A DNA stretch of 63,882 bases, filler included, from Octopus bimaculoides (GCF_001194135.2; 6 parts of 5 records of this genome joined end to end with filler, not necessarily neighbours in it), one strand, 5' to 3'; positions 1-16,321 are shown, numbered from the whole stretch's first letter. Translations and numbers: made by a program. The notes: generated by a model not told the origin, from the sequence alone.

Positions 1-645
1 ATATATATATATATATATATATATATACACTTATTTTTTGTATGAATTAGGTATGTGTAATTAAGTATTGCATTAAAATCAATATATGCAGTTTCAAGTA
101 GATTACTCGAGAGAATTTCTATCAAAATTCACTTCAATTGAAGGACTTAATATAGCTCATTTAACCTATGTGCAATCCTCCTATACTTACATATATACAT
201 GTGTTGTTATGCGTATGCATTGTTATGTGTGAGTGTGTGTAAAATGTCTGTGTCTGTGTGTGTGTCTACAGAGGAGAAGCTACAATTCTATTGCGATGAT
301 TTATTTCGAATGTTCAATTTATTTTGCATTAAATTAGTTCTAAAATCTTTTAAAATAGGTGTGTGTGTTTTGTTGCTTTTTTTGTTGCTTGTTCCAAGTA
401 ATTCTCGTTGATCATTCCTACAGTCAAGAATCTCCAGCCGTGGCTACCTCATCATTTTATGTACCCATTTCTACGTTGCTTGGAGTGTCTTTCCATGTTT
501 AAAGAAGAGTTGAGTATGAATTGAGCTTAATCTCGCTTTCATTTCTTATAGATACAAAAGCCACGTAGAATGACCTTCCTTCTGTTATAAATATAAGTTT
601 GCATATGTCTACGTTTGTGTGTCTACATAGGCGTATGTGTGTCTC

Positions 646-777
646 TGTGTTAAGAAGCTTGCTTCCCGACTACATGGTTCTGAGTTCGGTCCCACTGCGT
701 GGCAACTTGAGCGAGTGTCTTCTACTATTGCTCCGGGCTAACTAAAGCCTTATGAGTTGATTTGGTAGACGGAAATA
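646..777 (+). mobile_element. SINE-like interspersed repeat (family shared with 45666-45800)
   Basis: tRNA-like head (TAAGAAGCTTGCTTCCC...GGTTCTGAGTTCGGTCCCACTGCG) followed by GGCAACTTGAGCGAGTGTCTTCTACT...GGTAGACGGAAA; aligns by eye with 45666-45800. Confidence 0.65.
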
Positions 778-2880
778 CAACGTTTCATTAGTGAATTATT
801 AACTGCTTTGTCTTTTAAAAGCCTATCTTATTTCAAAATACACGTCACATTACAGTTATTTCTGTATCAAAACGATTGCTACGGGTATGAATTTAAAGAT
901 CCATTGCCAATGCGATATACACTCTTACTGTAATCTAACACGCTGATCCAATACTCGTATTCTAACAACACATACCTCAACAGGGGTCTTAGTTTATTGA
1001 AGAGAAATAGCGGTTTCTCTGAGACTCGAGTACAAATCCTTTGAATGAACAATAATACCAAACTAATTTAATTTAAGGAGTTGTTACTGTTTCTGCTATT
1101 GTTGGTGCTTTTGTTGTTGTTGTTGTTGTTGTTGCAGTTGTAGTTTTTAAGCGTAGTTTCGAGCTCTGATTCATAATCTAAGACGGTCTTACTGCAATCA
1201 ACTATACTTTTTATACACACCATTAATCAAATGCTACATCAGACAATGCATTTCTAATTTTTATGATGGAAGGATGTAATTTGATAGAGCTATGGCTACT
1301 AGTCTTAGCTGTTCAAATAATCTGAAAGATTTTATTAGTTCTAGCATGAAGAATGTTGTAAAGTTGAAAATATATCCGAAAGCGGGTTCTGGGGGAAAAA
1401 AAAGTATCATTTTCCTCTGTCAAATTCTCTGTCTCAGATGTATGACAAATTAACAGTCCATACATGCTGTGTCGTATTGCCTAATAGTTATTGAGAGTTG
1501 AAGTACATTATGAAACTTTAAAGCGATCTTAGATATTTGCGAGTTAAGAAGTTCTACGAAAAAAGAAAATGATTGCATCGGAGCTATTATTATTTTAACG
1601 AGAAATGTAAAAGGTAAATTGGCATATTGCAGGTTTCATAATGCCAACCATATGTTTCTATTACAGGAGACTCTTGAGAAAGGCAAGCATCCTCATACAT
1701 ATTCCATGAGATTTTGAAGCCTGATGAATAATGTAGCAATTTGTCTTTGTGAATTTACTCTCGATTGGAATATAATTGAGTTTGAAAATATAATTAAATA
1801 ACATTGCAATAAATAAGACTGCATCAAGAAATGAATCGGACAGAAAAAAAGTAGGAAGCTAGCTATATAAGAATTACTGTCATATTAGATCAACATGTTT
1901 TAGCAACAAGAAGGGAGACAGCAAGTTTCTTACAGTAATGAGGAAGTGTGTAAGATTCTGCATTTGGTTTACGTATACATGTACGCGTGTATGTGTACTT
2001 TTGAGTACGTGAGTATGTGTGTGTATGTGTGCATGCGTGTGAATGTGTGTGTATGAGTGTGTTTGAGTATGTGTGTTGCGTGTGCGTATGAGTGAATGTG
2101 TATGTATGTGTGTGCGCGTGTGGGTTTATGCGTGAAAGGCTATAGACATGATAAGCAGGTCTCTGCTACAAGCAGAAGCGTACGCTTGTACAAGTAATGT
2201 ATAAGTTGGGAAGTCATTGAGTAAACCAGCAATCCTATTACAGCTGCTAGCTGAGGAAACGATTCGTTTGGATATCCCACAGGAGGAAAAAGAAAACCTA
2301 TCGAAGGATAGATAAGCTTAGGAGTGTTAATAACCTTACAATAATGTCCTTAATTATGTGTATTTACATGCGTATGTAAATGGCATGGGAGAAGGACATT
2401 CATGTAAAAATACCAAGATATTCATCCATCTTACTTCATGTATTTTAAAACGTTTAAAAAATTAGCGAGGGGAACTTACGTGGTGTAATATTTTTCGTGA
2501 TAAAATTTGACGTGCAGGAATATTTTGGCCGAATTGATTCCTTTATCCAAGAGAGAGTAACCTGAAAATCTGTTAGGAAGGAACAAACAGACGGCAAAGA
2601 TTTCGTTAAGGCAACTGTGGTATTACGAGCACCAAGAACAATCAAAATTCGCCAGTTCTGTAATTTATTATTATTATCTTTTTTTTTTTTGCTTTGCTTT
2701 TAGGGCGCATAGAATGTGTGGTGTTAGCAGAATCATTGCTGATTTGACGATCACACTCCTGGTCGCATCTGTTATTGAAATGTTGTGTCTTAGAAGTGGG
2801 GTCTTGGACTTGCGATGCTGAGTGAGGTACATCTTCATTTCCTATACCTCATATATGTACACATATATGTGTGTGTGTAC

Positions 2881-2882
<2 letters not shown>

Positions 2883-2969
<87 letters not shown>

Positions 2970-2990
2970 AAGACAGATAGTCAGACACAG
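2883..2990. repeat. (GA)n microsatellite grading into (GACA)n
   Basis: Direct reading. Confidence 0.95.
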
Positions 2991-5159
2991 AGACAGAGAG
3001 AATGAACAAAGTTTATAGGAAAACGTAGGATAACAAAGTTTAATTAGAAGCCGCAGAATAAATCCTAGAGAGCTCCACTGTATGCACGCCACCTGCTGAG
3101 TTATTCTTATATTTTGTTCAGAATTTAAAAAGTTATAATGGTAATTTATGGGCATCTTTTATGTACGTGTGTATGTATGTATGTATGTATGTATGTATGT
3201 ATGTGTACCCGCACACATTTTTATTTTCTGATACCTCTTCTGCTGCTCTGCATAATTTACTGTTGCACCTACTAGACTAGTGTCACCAATACCACTTTTC
3301 AATCAGCGGTTTCAGCACGAATCAATTTTATCCTTTCCTCCTCTCTGTCAACCAACCAGCATTCTTTCGGATTACATATTCTATTTAAAAAATCCTTTTA
3401 AGATCAGCAACGCAACAATAACGAGAAAGAAAAAAGACTCGAAGTGGCATTTTGGTATGTTTCAATCTCCAGTAATCCATACCATTCTCCTTTCAGTTTT
3501 AAGTACTCAGTTTTTTTCCTCACTGTAGACGAAATATTGTCAAGTCATTTGCCTTTAAAATGTTACCTTATTTAAAATAGTAAGAAGTGATCTGAGAGAT
3601 ATCTGGCTGCAATTTCTACAGGGTTGAGAGACTTCGTTGGAGGTTTGCCGTTGACGCTTAAAACTAGATAGTTATAGTGGATTTGTTCCCTCTTTTTGCC
3701 AAACATCTAAACATCAACTAGGATCAACATAGCTGAGTTTCTTTGAGCAGAACTGAACTAATGTTTAGAACGAGTTAATTAACGTAGTTTGTGGTTCAAA
3801 CCCATGCATCCTAAAAGAATGTTCCTTTTAGCAAACTATGAACATCCATCTAGAAGTCGCGCAAAAGTTGACGTAGCTAGTATAATAGTATTTTTACCCT
3901 ACCGATGAGCAACTACACGTAACGGTCTTGGAGATGGCGTACTTAGACTTAGTAAGTAAAATGAGATAACTATCGTATGATATCCTCTTTATAATTTAAA
4001 GAAAACTTTCTAGAAGACAGTAAAATCAGCAACTCAGCTGCTTTGCACACACCGTTTTATAGACATTTATCACTATCACAATAGCAAATTCTCTCAATTC
4101 TACTGTTTCTACGAACTGACATTCGTGTCTCTCTACCATGTATTAAAATGGTTCATGCTTCATTGTTCTCGTCGGTTGTCTAATATACGATCTACCCACC
4201 TACTTCACTCGTGTTATTTTAACTCTGTGTCATCCACGAAGCCCAACACTGATCACTTCGCCCAATTTACTTACAGCCATGTCAATTTTTCCCCTGCACG
4301 CTCCAATCTACAGTAATTCAATTTTAGCATCAACCGCATCAACCTAATACCTCCAAGAGGGACTATGTAGTTTATAAAAGCCGCCCTCTCTTCCTCTATA
4401 AAGAAAATATAAAAATGTATCGCCCTGAGATGACTTTTGTTAAAAGACTGCTTCTACATGTCTTTCGCTTTGTTTTTCCATGTCTTGTACCGCCTTTCTA
4501 TATGTCAGCCTAGCCTATGTTTCCATGATTGTGAATAAAGGTCTAATAATGATCTCGTCTGGCTTTCAGCTTTGGCTAGTCAATCCATGCGAACGATAAC
4601 GTTCTTTTAGTGTCTTTCATGTGTTTAAATGAAAACAGAAATGCAAAAAAAAAAAAATAAATAAAAGAGAAAAACGAAAACTTAAATTCAACAAATAAAA
4701 GAAAAGACAGCCATGAAATTTATTAAAAAATAAATGAAATAATTTCGGAAAAATAAAACAATCGCAGCAAAAAATAATGAGAAAGACTTAAAAGCCATCC
4801 CTACATTTCTAGATGTCTGCCTAGGGCAAACATTCTCTTTCTCTATGGGACCTAACAGGAATGTAAAGACAAGATGCAGTTATAACAAACTGTATCACTC
4901 TCTCTTACTTTTTCTCATTGACATTCATTATTAGTCTCATTTTGACTCTCTCTCACTTCCAGCATCTTTCTCTATCGTCATCTCTTGCTCTCACAGACCT
5001 AAATGTATCTTCCCACTCTGTCTTTCTCATTCACCCACCCCCTCTCTCTCTCTCTGTATGGCTTTCTATATTCTACATTCTAATATACGCATTCACTCCT
5101 ATTCCTTATTCTCTCTATCATCCTTATATCTATTAACATGTCTGCTTAGCGATCGGTCT

Positions 5160-5161
5160 CT

Positions 5162-5235
<74 letters not shown>

Positions 5236-5484
5236 GTCTGTCTGTCTCTCCATCTATCTACAAATATATATATATAAATCCATTGATCGATCCTGCCATT
5301 TATCAACCATTCCTGTTTTACATCAAGGTGACTGTTTACTTCAATCTCAAGAATTCACTCAAACCTTATACTTTCGTTTCTTCCTCTCAATTTAATTCAC
5401 TTGCCTTGTCTCAATATGTTTCACGGTCACAATCAACCCCCCTCTCTCACACTCTCTCTCTCTCTTTCTCTCCCTCTCTCTATT

Positions 5485-5531
<47 letters not shown>

Positions 5532-5570
5532 CTCTCTCTCTCTCTTTCTTTCTATCTCTCTCTATATATC
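5160..5570. repeat. (ATCT)n and (CT)n-rich simple repeats
   Basis: Direct reading. Confidence 0.9.
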
Positions 5571-6447
5571 AATCAATATATGTATATATATAACTGTATC
5601 TATCCCTCACTCATAATTAATATCTGTCTCTCTCTTTTCCTCTCAGTCTGCAGGCATTCTATCTTCTGATCCCAATTCTTATCATCCCCAATTCTTATCA
5701 TCCCCAATTCTCTTCCACCTTTAAATCCCTCCAACTCATCTCTATATATACGTATCTCCCTCACACTCTCTGTCTTTCTCTCTCTACCACATTATTTTTC
5801 ATTAACAAACAGTCAGTCAGGGCAGAGGATTAAATAAGTTTACAATGAACCCTTTGAAGAGCAAGTGTATATTTAATAAGGCCCCGATATATCCAAAATA
5901 TTTCGATACATTTTTGTCTCATTTTATACTTCCATGCAGATTTTCGTCTGTATTCTTTTTTTTTTTTCTTTTATTATTCATTATTTCTCTTTGTATTTAT
6001 AATTTATTATAAATTTGTTTATTCGTTTTTCCAGAAATCCTATTAATTAATATACTTTGTTCGTTTTTTTATTGAAAACTACCATGTAGGCCACCATGTT
6101 ATATATGTAGGAAACTGCATAATACATATATTCACGCACATGTATATATATGTATATACATGTATATATATTTATACATCTATAAATGTTGTTGTTGTTG
6201 TTATTGGGTGTTTGTATATAAATTTGTGTGTATGTGTGTGATCATATAGAATTCCAAATATATCAAATGTTGCCGAAATAGAATTCTGTGAGTTACATTC
6301 CACTTGAGAGAGATACATACACACATATATACACATATGCATTATACATACATTACATATACATTGTACATATATATGTATATATATGTGTGTATACGTG
6401 CCTTTATATCTACATAGCATAGAAATATACACGTGTGTGTGTGTGTT

Positions 6448-6495
<48 letters not shown>

Positions 6496-7028
6496 TGTGT
6501 GTGTATGCGTGTATGAGATACCCCACACACTATCTGCAATAAACAAACACACAGAGAAAAGCGTGATATAATACATACATTATTTATTTTATATTATATT
6601 ATGAATATTCAGTATTCTCCAATCTTTTATTACCTTCTTTTAAATTGTATTTCATTTTCATTGTTCTTTTTTCAGTTCTTTTCGATTACGTTGAAACAAT
6701 ATTTATCTTCTTTTTGTTATGCTTTAGGTATTTTATCGTATACACATGCATTTTAATATGCACACGCATGCATTCTTACAGGCATTTAATAAACTGTAAG
6801 TGAACATCTCTCTCCCCACTTTCTCTGTATANNNNNNNNNNNNNNNNNNNNNNNNNNNNNNNNNNNNNNNNNNNNNNNNNNNNNNNNNNNNNNNNNNNNN
6901 NNNNNNNNNNNNNNNNNNNNNNNNNNNNNNNNNNNNNNNNNNNNNNNNNNNNNNNNNNNNNNNNNNNNNNNNNNNNNNNNNNNNNNNNNNNNNNNNNNNN
7001 NNNNNNNNNNNNNNNNNNNNNNNNNNNN

Positions 7029-7064
<36 letters not shown>

Positions 7065-7120
7065 AAGAGAGAAAAGGGGATATATATATGTATATATATA
7101 CACGTATATTTATATACGTA

Positions 7121-7163
<43 letters not shown>

Positions 7164-7210
7164 TACACGCAATCACACACACATATATACATATATGTAC
7201 ATGTGTGTGT

Positions 7211-7246
<36 letters not shown>

Positions 7247-9404
7247 ATATGCACTTGCAATCATGCAATTTCATTCAATATAATTTCGTAATATTTTGGT
7301 TTGCAAATCTTTTTCAGCAAAAAAGTCACTCGCATATTTGTTTGCACTATAGCCAAAACATACGCGCGCACACACACGCACACACGCAAATACACATACA
7401 TACACATACACGCGCGTTTGCATGTGTGTGTCTGAGCATTTCATTGAGGTTAGCTCGTGAGCACAAGCCATGCACTACTGGTCTTTGAAATGTAATATTT
7501 TTTGTTAACATGTCTTCCTTTTGACAAGAACAAGGACAACGACAATAAAATAAGGATAGTGATTATGCTGGTGTTGATAGTGGTGATGGTGGTGGTTCTG
7601 ATGAAGGTGCTTCTGCTGGAGATGGTGCAGTTGGCCCTCCGTGGCAGTCATATTGCTGGTGATGTTACCTCTGACAATCTTGTCAACGATGACTTCAATT
7701 TTGAACTGCATGATGTCATCGATGATGCTTGTGTAGATGACCTTCGTCATCGTCATTCAATCGATACACCCTTACACCCTATCATCACTATAATGACGAA
7801 CGCATAGTTATAAAAACGTATTCCTCAACACGAAATTTAAGGTACGCATGCAGACTACTCAGAACCCTCCAAATTAGACACCCATATAGAATCGTTGTCT
7901 AAGTTTAATAAGATTATCTATGAAGAAAACCAACCAATATCAATGTAAGTATTCTCAACAGACACTTTCCACTTAACTAGAATGAATGACAACTGAGAAT
8001 AATGAGACTACGACATAAAAATCCATAAAGAATTATAACTAAAATGCATTCCCATTACTATGGTTTCGACATCTGGGCAGTACCATCCAATTTGGTGGTT
8101 TGTAAACCGTTAAGAACTTAGACGCTCCCTGAGAATCAATAGTGGTCAGCAGAAGCAAATCATTAGCATAGTATGTTCATTACTCCAACATAGTATGTTC
8201 ATTACTCTACGAGTAACAACACCAAAATAAAGAATTAGTATAAACGTATAGTTACATTATACATTAACTTATACAACAAAGGACATTGTGATCCCGAAAA
8301 TTTCAATACGAAGGAACAAACGAATCGAACATATTAAGGGAAAAGTTCCAGAAAAAGGGATTTTGTTTAACGAAAGTTTCTACAAATACACTTCAGATGG
8401 TTTAGATTCCGATTGTCTCGAATTTATTGTGAAGAATTTTCTGTGGGTTGGGTAAGGAGTTTCGGAAAATTGACTCAAATCGGTCTTGTTCTCTTACAAC
8501 TTTCAGAAAAATGGGTATATTTTTTTATGAAATTTTCAACAAACGCCTTTCATACTTATAATACAAATCCGGTGGGACATAGATGTGTAGGCATGTGAAG
8601 CAATAAAATATTACTTTGCTACAGTAAATATTTTCCCCGTAGCTTTCACTGCTGTTCTGGTTAGAAACATTTTAAATGTTATTTACTGCTACATACGTAC
8701 CAGTTCTAATTGTATATTTGCGTATGTAAGCGTATTCCTTACGCTCTCTCAATTTTTGGATTTGCCACGTTTATACTAACGTGAAAACATTTACTTTGAG
8801 ATATTTTACCGATTATAAAACTTGGGATACTTCATTGTTTAAACCTTTTATTAGGTGTGAAAAATACGTGTTATTTTCCGTATAGTCTTTGTATTCTGAA
8901 ATATGGTTTCCTTCGTCTTCTAGAGAAGGAAAAAAAGTTGCATAGATGCCACTCTGATTGTAGCATTTTGGTCAAAAAGAAAGTGACCTCAAAAATATTG
9001 ACACAAAATTACAAAACACACACATACACTAAGTTAAAAATCATGAAGGTAGATGCCCCAATTCATTTAGTAGTGCTAATCCATACCAAACACAGAGGGA
9101 CAGNNNNNNNNNNNNNNNNNNNNNNNNNNNNNNNNNNNNNNNNNNNNNNNNNNNNNNNNNNNNNNNNNNNNNNNNNNNNNNNNNNNNNNNNNNNNNNNNN
9201 NNNNNNNNNNNNNNNNNNNNNNNNNNNNNNNNNNNNNNNNNNNNNNNNNNNNNNNNNNNNNNNNNNNNNNNNNNNNNNNNNNNNNNNNNNNNNNNNNNNN
9301 NNNNNNNNNNNNNNNNNNNCTCTCCACATTTTTAACACCATTGTATGCATTTCTATTGTATGAATGAATAGGACCTGATGGCAATAATAATGAAGAATTT
9401 ATTC

Positions 9405-9405
9405 A

Positions 9406-9481
<76 letters not shown>

Positions 9482-10221
9482 ATTGCTGTTGTTGTTCTTG
9501 TTGTTGCTGTTGCTTTTGTTGTTGCTTTTGTTGTTGCTGGTAGTGGTGGTGGTGGTGGTAGTGGAGGTCGTGCTATTATTTTTATTGACAAATGTAATTT
9601 CATCGTTACATAATGCCATAATATCAAAATCATAACAGAACGAAGACGTTTGTACAATACCAACGGCATCTACGAAATAATGCTAGCGAATCGAGCAACA
9701 ACTACTGCAACATTGATAGCAATAATAATTACATGAATACGTTCACAATAACAAGACTAGCATAACAATAACAACCACATCAACAATGTTAATAACACTT
9801 AGAACAATAACAATTACAATATCAATAGCATCATAACAATAACGGCATAGCAAGATCAACAACAACAACAATAACGATAAATAAAATTATTGTTCTATAA
9901 TGATAAAAATAATATAATAATAAAAATAATATAATGAAGAAGAAAGGAGAAAGAAGAATAAAGGAGAAAGAAAAAGAAGAAGAAGAAGAAGAAGAAGAAG
10001 AAGAAGAAGAAGAAGAAGATGATGATGACGATGACGATGACGATGATGATGATGACGATGATGCCGATGATGACGATGACGATGATGAAGATGATGACGA
10101 CGACGACGATGGTGATGATGATTGAAGATGTAGAAGAATTTGAAACAGAATTGGTAGCAGAATAACATCAATAGCAACTCAAGGGGTGGAGAATGGGGAG
10201 GCACAATAAATATGCACAGAG

Positions 10222-10290
<69 letters not shown>

Positions 10291-10320
10291 ACAACAATAA
10301 CAACAACGACAATAATAAAA
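9405..10320. repeat. Compound trinucleotide repeats (TTA, TTG, GAA, GAT/GAC, GTA)
   Basis: Direct reading; explains the poly-L/N/E/D/T ORFs in the track. Confidence 0.9.
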
Positions 10321-11001
10321 CCAACAATAAAAATTCGAGGGGTGTTGGCATGCAACAAACAGAATGAAATATTAAATCTCTTCATCGAGTCTTTCTTATT
10401 TGATCCGATGTTTTGTTCTCTTTTCTTTCCTTTTTACATTTTGTGAGTATTTTATNNNNNNNNNNNNNNNNNNNNNNNNNNNNNNNNNNNNNNNNNNNNN
10501 NNNNNNNNNNNNNNNNNNNNNNNNNNNNNNNNNNNNNNNNNNNNNNNNNNNNNNNNNNNNNNNNNNNNNNNNNNNNNNNNNNNNNNNNNNNNNNNNNNNN
10601 NNNNNNNNNNNNNNNNNNNNNNNNNNNNNNNNNNNNNNNNNNNNNNNNNNNNNNNNNNNNNNNNNNNNNNNNNNNNNNNNNNNNNNNNNNNNNNNNNNNN
10701 NNNNNNNNNNNNNNNNNNNNNNNNNNNNNNNNNNNNNNNNNNNNNNNNNNNNNNNNNNNNNNNNNNNNNNNNNNNNNNNNNNNNNNNNNNNNNNNNNNNN
10801 NNNNNNNNNNNNNNNNNNNNNNNNNNNNNNNNNNNNNNNNNNNNNNNNNNNNNNNNNNNNNNNNNNNNNNNNNNNNNNNNNNNNNNNNNNNNNNNNNNNN
10901 NNNNNNNNNNNNNNNNNNNNNNNNNNNNNNNNNNNNNNNNNNNNNNNNNNNNNNNNNNNNNNNNNNNNNNNNNNNNNNNNNNNNNNNNNNNNNNNNNNNN
11001 N

Positions 11002-11044
<43 letters not shown>

Positions 11045-13290
11045 TATATATATACATATATATATATGTTATATATATACATATATACACACATATATCA
11101 TATACATACATATATGCATATATAAATATACATACACACACACTCATATATATATACATATAAATATATACACAACATACACACATACACACACGTACAC
11201 ATACACATATATATAATATATAAACATATATAATAGTGCGTGTAAGATCAAAATGAACCAAAAACAAATGAGAAAGGTGAAAAAGAATGAAAAGCGAAAA
11301 TATAAAAAAATTAACCGCGTGAGACAAAAATGAGTAAACTGAAAATAATGAAAGCATTTACAACAACACCAACAACAACAGCAACAACAACAACATCAAC
11401 AATAACAACAATAAGAACAAAAATAAAAGCACCTACATCAACAACAACAAAATACTAATGGCAATAATCTTTAAAAAAAGCCGCTGACATGAAGGCTATA
11501 TATAATATAATATAAAAAGAAAGGACAAGCTGATAACCTAATTCTGTATAAAGTGATAGTTTCTAGAAGTTCATTAGATTTTAACTCATCCCTGCGTGTC
11601 CTAAAGACGACCAACAAACAATAAAAAGCAACAATAACAACAACAGCAATAACAATAAGCGAAAGACAAAAAGAGCAGCGACAAAAAGGAAAACAATTAA
11701 TAATGTGATTTTTCTTTGCCACAAGGTCACCGATCGAAAGGACTTGGAAAGACGGAGAGGGGAGACACAAATATTTGGGCGTGGGGTGTTACACCGTGTT
11801 GTGAAACAAGGAGAGTAAAACAAGGTAGAAGATGAAGAAGAGCAATTTTAACGACTATATTAACAACAAAAAACAATAACAACAGCAATGATAATGATAA
11901 TAATGAAGCTAAAAAGTATAATAATGAATAATGACTTTTAAAATGGCGACATCAAAACCATTTTCGGGACTCTAATAAAACAATGATTTTACTTTTGGGG
12001 CCACGATACATGTTATTTAGATATTTATTTGATTAAACAATGTTCTTCTATTGTATCGTATTCAGCTTTCTTTTGCCCCTTGGTGCGTATTGAATAGTTG
12101 TGTGGTATTGTGTATTGTTGTTGTAGTGAATAACGATACGGTGGCGAAGGTGTGTTACCACGATGTGGGATGTTGTTTGTTCGATTTTTCGTTTATATAA
12201 AATTCATCCGACGTTTTTTTTTTCAGTCAAATATCCATTCTAGTATTCTGCTTTTGTATTTGCTTTCCAAGTGTGGATGTGAAATCGAGTTTTGAAACAG
12301 ATATTTGCAATAGGGAGGGTAATTTTGCAAATAAAAATGACCCACCAAAGAAGCTTCTCTTCGTGTTAGCATTTTTTGTGCGAACTAGTTAGCTAATTAA
12401 CCAATCAACTAATCGAATAATCAATAATTTGGCCTAAAATTTGAACAGCAAACTAGTTGATTTGTCAGCTTCCTTGCATGGCTATTTGCAACCTCATTTA
12501 TGACTTGATCTCGGCTGTTCCACAAGAGGTATTACCCATAATATTTGCTATTTGTCTGTACTTTTATGATTAATGCAGCTGATCCTGAGTTTAAGTAGCT
12601 GGGGCTGTGTATGCAGTAAAAAGGCAGGGCGAGGAAAACATTATCGGATATTTGATTCCAAACCAAGCATGAGTCTTTAAAAGACAAACAATGATATTTT
12701 ATAGTGTCAAATCGACGGCTCGGAATACTAGTTACATCGAGTTTCTGCCAGACAATGTATTTCAAATATAGAATACACTCAAATGTATGTAAGTCTATGA
12801 AAATCATGTGATTTAGTTATACTTGATCATTTTCCGTCACTTTTATTTAATGCTGCAGAAACAGTTTGCCGCCAAACTATATTGTCATGAAAAATTCTGT
12901 CCCTCTAAGATAGTGGTTATCGTTGCTTAGCCTCTGATCGATTCTGATCAAACTGCCAAGTATATTGAAACCAAGAGATTATATTCTTTCGCGGGGTCAG
13001 TAATTAAGTCTATATCATTTAATATGTGTGTGTTTCATGCAAGACGAGAAAACACGTAATGCTTAGTAGAGGAATGTTCTTGAGATCACTATTGCATTTT
13101 CCCTGTTCAGAAATTACTGACATTCCTTATACTTTGGAGTATATAAGTAAATCTCTCTTTGCTGCCAAGTAACTTTTGCAACCAGTAGCTACATTTTCTG
13201 ACTCTCTGTACACATCCATTAAGTTACATCTTTTCCTTAATCCTAGCAATGATCACTTTTAGCAATAAAGTAAAATTCAGACAAGTATCC

Positions 13291-13388
13291 TTTCATTTTT
13301 TGCTCTGGGCACAAGGCCCGGAATTTTGGGGGAGGGGGCCAGTCGATTAGATCGACCCCAGTACACAACTAGTACTTAATTTATCGAT
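13291..13388 (-). mobile_element. 3' portion of a SINE (tail type of the third unit at 22404-22600)
   Basis: Reverse complement reads ATCGATAAATTAAGTACTAGTTGTGTACTGGGGTCGATCTAATCGACTGGCCCCCTCCCCCAAAATTCCGGGCCTTGTGCC, matching 22505-22585. Confidence 0.7.
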
Positions 13389-14299
13389 GAAACACAAAGT
13401 CGACATGTATGTTTGGAAGATATATCTGATAGGATGACATACATTTCATCGGTTATCATAGGAAGAAAGTGATAAGATATTTTATTATTGATCCGTACAA
13501 AGACTGCATATTGTTCAGAGTTTATGAATGTAATTATTATTACGGAAAGCAAAAACTTACTTCTCAATAGCTTATGCGCTTAAATAGAGAGATATTTGAA
13601 CACATACTATGAGCACTGAGAGTAAATATGACTTGAGCGTAAACTGAACAGGAAAATAACTCGTGGTTATTATTGGTCTTATTGCTTGTCAGTAGTGTAA
13701 CACAGAATCTGCGGAAACCTATGATTAAGGGCGTTTCAACCATAACGAAACATATTTACCCCAACTATTCCCGAATACATCCCCCTTTATTTGCCTCAGA
13801 TGGTGAGAGCGTTCGAGGGATAGGGAGATATATCATCTATTCCTAGCATGCCATGAGACCGTAAACAGGCACCTCCCTTGGAATCTTGCCTATCATACGG
13901 ATACATATAAGCGCATGTATATGTATGTATGTATGTATGTATGTATGCACGTATGAATGTATATATGTATGATTGGATCTATGTATGTATGTATGTATGT
14001 ATGCATGTATGTGTTCAGAGGTGTATGTATATAACAGCAGTGATGTTATCTATATTTAATCTAACATTGTATGGAAATCATATACTTCGTAAAATCATAA
14101 AAAGTGTTCAAAGCATAGTAAATAGTCATATAGAAATTATATTCCAGTAAATATTTTACGATATTGATCGTAACTAAATGCAATAATGCATTTAGAACAG
14201 AGTTCTATTGTTACTGCCACTTTAACAGCCATTTAAAAAATAATCAATAAAATACATATAAATGCATACATGAATGCATGCACAAACACACACATGTGT

Positions 14300-14345
<46 letters not shown>

Positions 14346-15042
14346 ATGCATGTGTCTACAAGAAGATACCCAATATGGCACCAATAATATCATAATTTAA
14401 AACAACGGACACAACAATCACAACGATATCAACGAGACAAAAAAAGCAAATGAAAAAAAAAATGCTGCAAAATAACTTCCTGAAACTTGAGATCAAATTA
14501 ACCTGTTGGGCTTTTATATCAATTTTGATCTGATCCTCCCTCCGCCGCTCTACTCTTGTATTCATATCCTCCCTACGTCGCCCTTCGTTTCTTCATTGCC
14601 TCAAGCATCTAGAAGCTTCTGAAACCTTTCATCCTACATATATTATCAAATAAACACATACATGTCAATCAATAAATTCATCAACCGAAACAGTAACCAC
14701 ACAATTTTACCTCCCAAACGCACAGAAACAAGGACGCACGCACGCATGCAGATTCGCACACTCGGACACATGATGTCTCTCTCACACGTATACACAATCA
14801 TACACACACGCACATGCATACATACATGCACACATGCATATATACACACGCGCGCGTACACACAGACAAAGAGGTATAAACACACAGACTCAGAGAAACA
14901 TGATCACACACATACTTATTAATAATAACGTGCTTTGGGATATTCATTACGTGTGTGTTAGTGTGTGAGTTCGAGCGTGCGTTTGTGAGTGTGTGCGTGT
15001 GTGTGAACAAGTTTTAAATGCATAAACTGATACACACACGAA

Positions 15043-15082
<40 letters not shown>

Positions 15083-16181
15083 NNNNNNNNNNNNNNNNNN
15101 NNNNNNNNNNNNNNNNNNNNNNNNNNNNNNNNNNNNNNNNNNNNNNNNNNNNNNNNNNNNNNNNNNNNNNNNNNNNNNNNNNNNNNNNNNNNNNNNNNNN
15201 NNNNNNNNNNNNNNNNNNNNNNNNNNNTGTATATATACATACATATACACACACATAAACACATATACACATGCACGACGCTCATTAAACGAGTCCAAAG
15301 TACAAAGAGCAAACTGAAAAATACGAACACATATTCGAACAAGGGCACACACACACACACACACACATGAACCCACACACACACACACACACATGAACCC
15401 ACAAACACACACACATGCACAAACACAGAAACACATACACACGCACAAATGCACGGTCGCACAAACACACGTTTATACACACACTGACACACGCATAGAA
15501 TACACAGTGGATGCTAACACACAATAGAAGCAGACAGAGAAACACGCCCATGCAAACATACAATACAACGAGAATATACATAAACACAAACACAAGTTCA
15601 TGTACACAGACAAACAGACAGGCAGACAGACAGGCAGATAAACACACGCGCGCGCATGTATTAATAATTCTTGAAAGCTTGTTGAAATTCACAAAAGATT
15701 TACACAGTGAATTGTTTCTATTTATTTTCCACTTGAAATATGACTGATAAATTTGTCTGCCGCACTGCATCTGTTGATTCATGTTAGATTTTATTGGATA
15801 TTACTTTGCAAATACACACACACACACATATCCGAATATGGAAACATTTAGAAACATAAATATGTATACGTGTAAGCGTACGTAAATGTGAGCGTTTGGA
15901 TAATGTATATATGTATGTATGTATGTGTATGTACGTGTATGTATATATATATGTGTATATATATATATATGTGTATGTGCGTGTGTGTGTGTTAGTTTTA
16001 ACACACATACACACACGCACCCAAATACATATGTATATACATACATACATTTATATATATATATATATAAACGCATGCATATATAAACAGACATGTATAT
16101 ATATATATATGTATATATAAATGTTAACGCATGTATTCATACCTATATGCGTATATCCATTATATATGAATGTGTGTAGAT

Positions 16182-16238
<57 letters not shown>

Positions 16239-16290
16239 GCAGACAGGCAGACATACAGACAGACAAACAAACAGACAGATAGATAGATAA

Positions 16291-16321
<31 letters not shown>

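Noticed and set aside
7502-7807. 101-aa ORF with a hydrophobic stretch and Asp-rich tail
   Set aside because: Composition follows degenerate GAT/GGT repeats; no family motif
9887-10351. Leu/His-rich ORFs that look like signal peptides
   Set aside because: Simple-repeat translations
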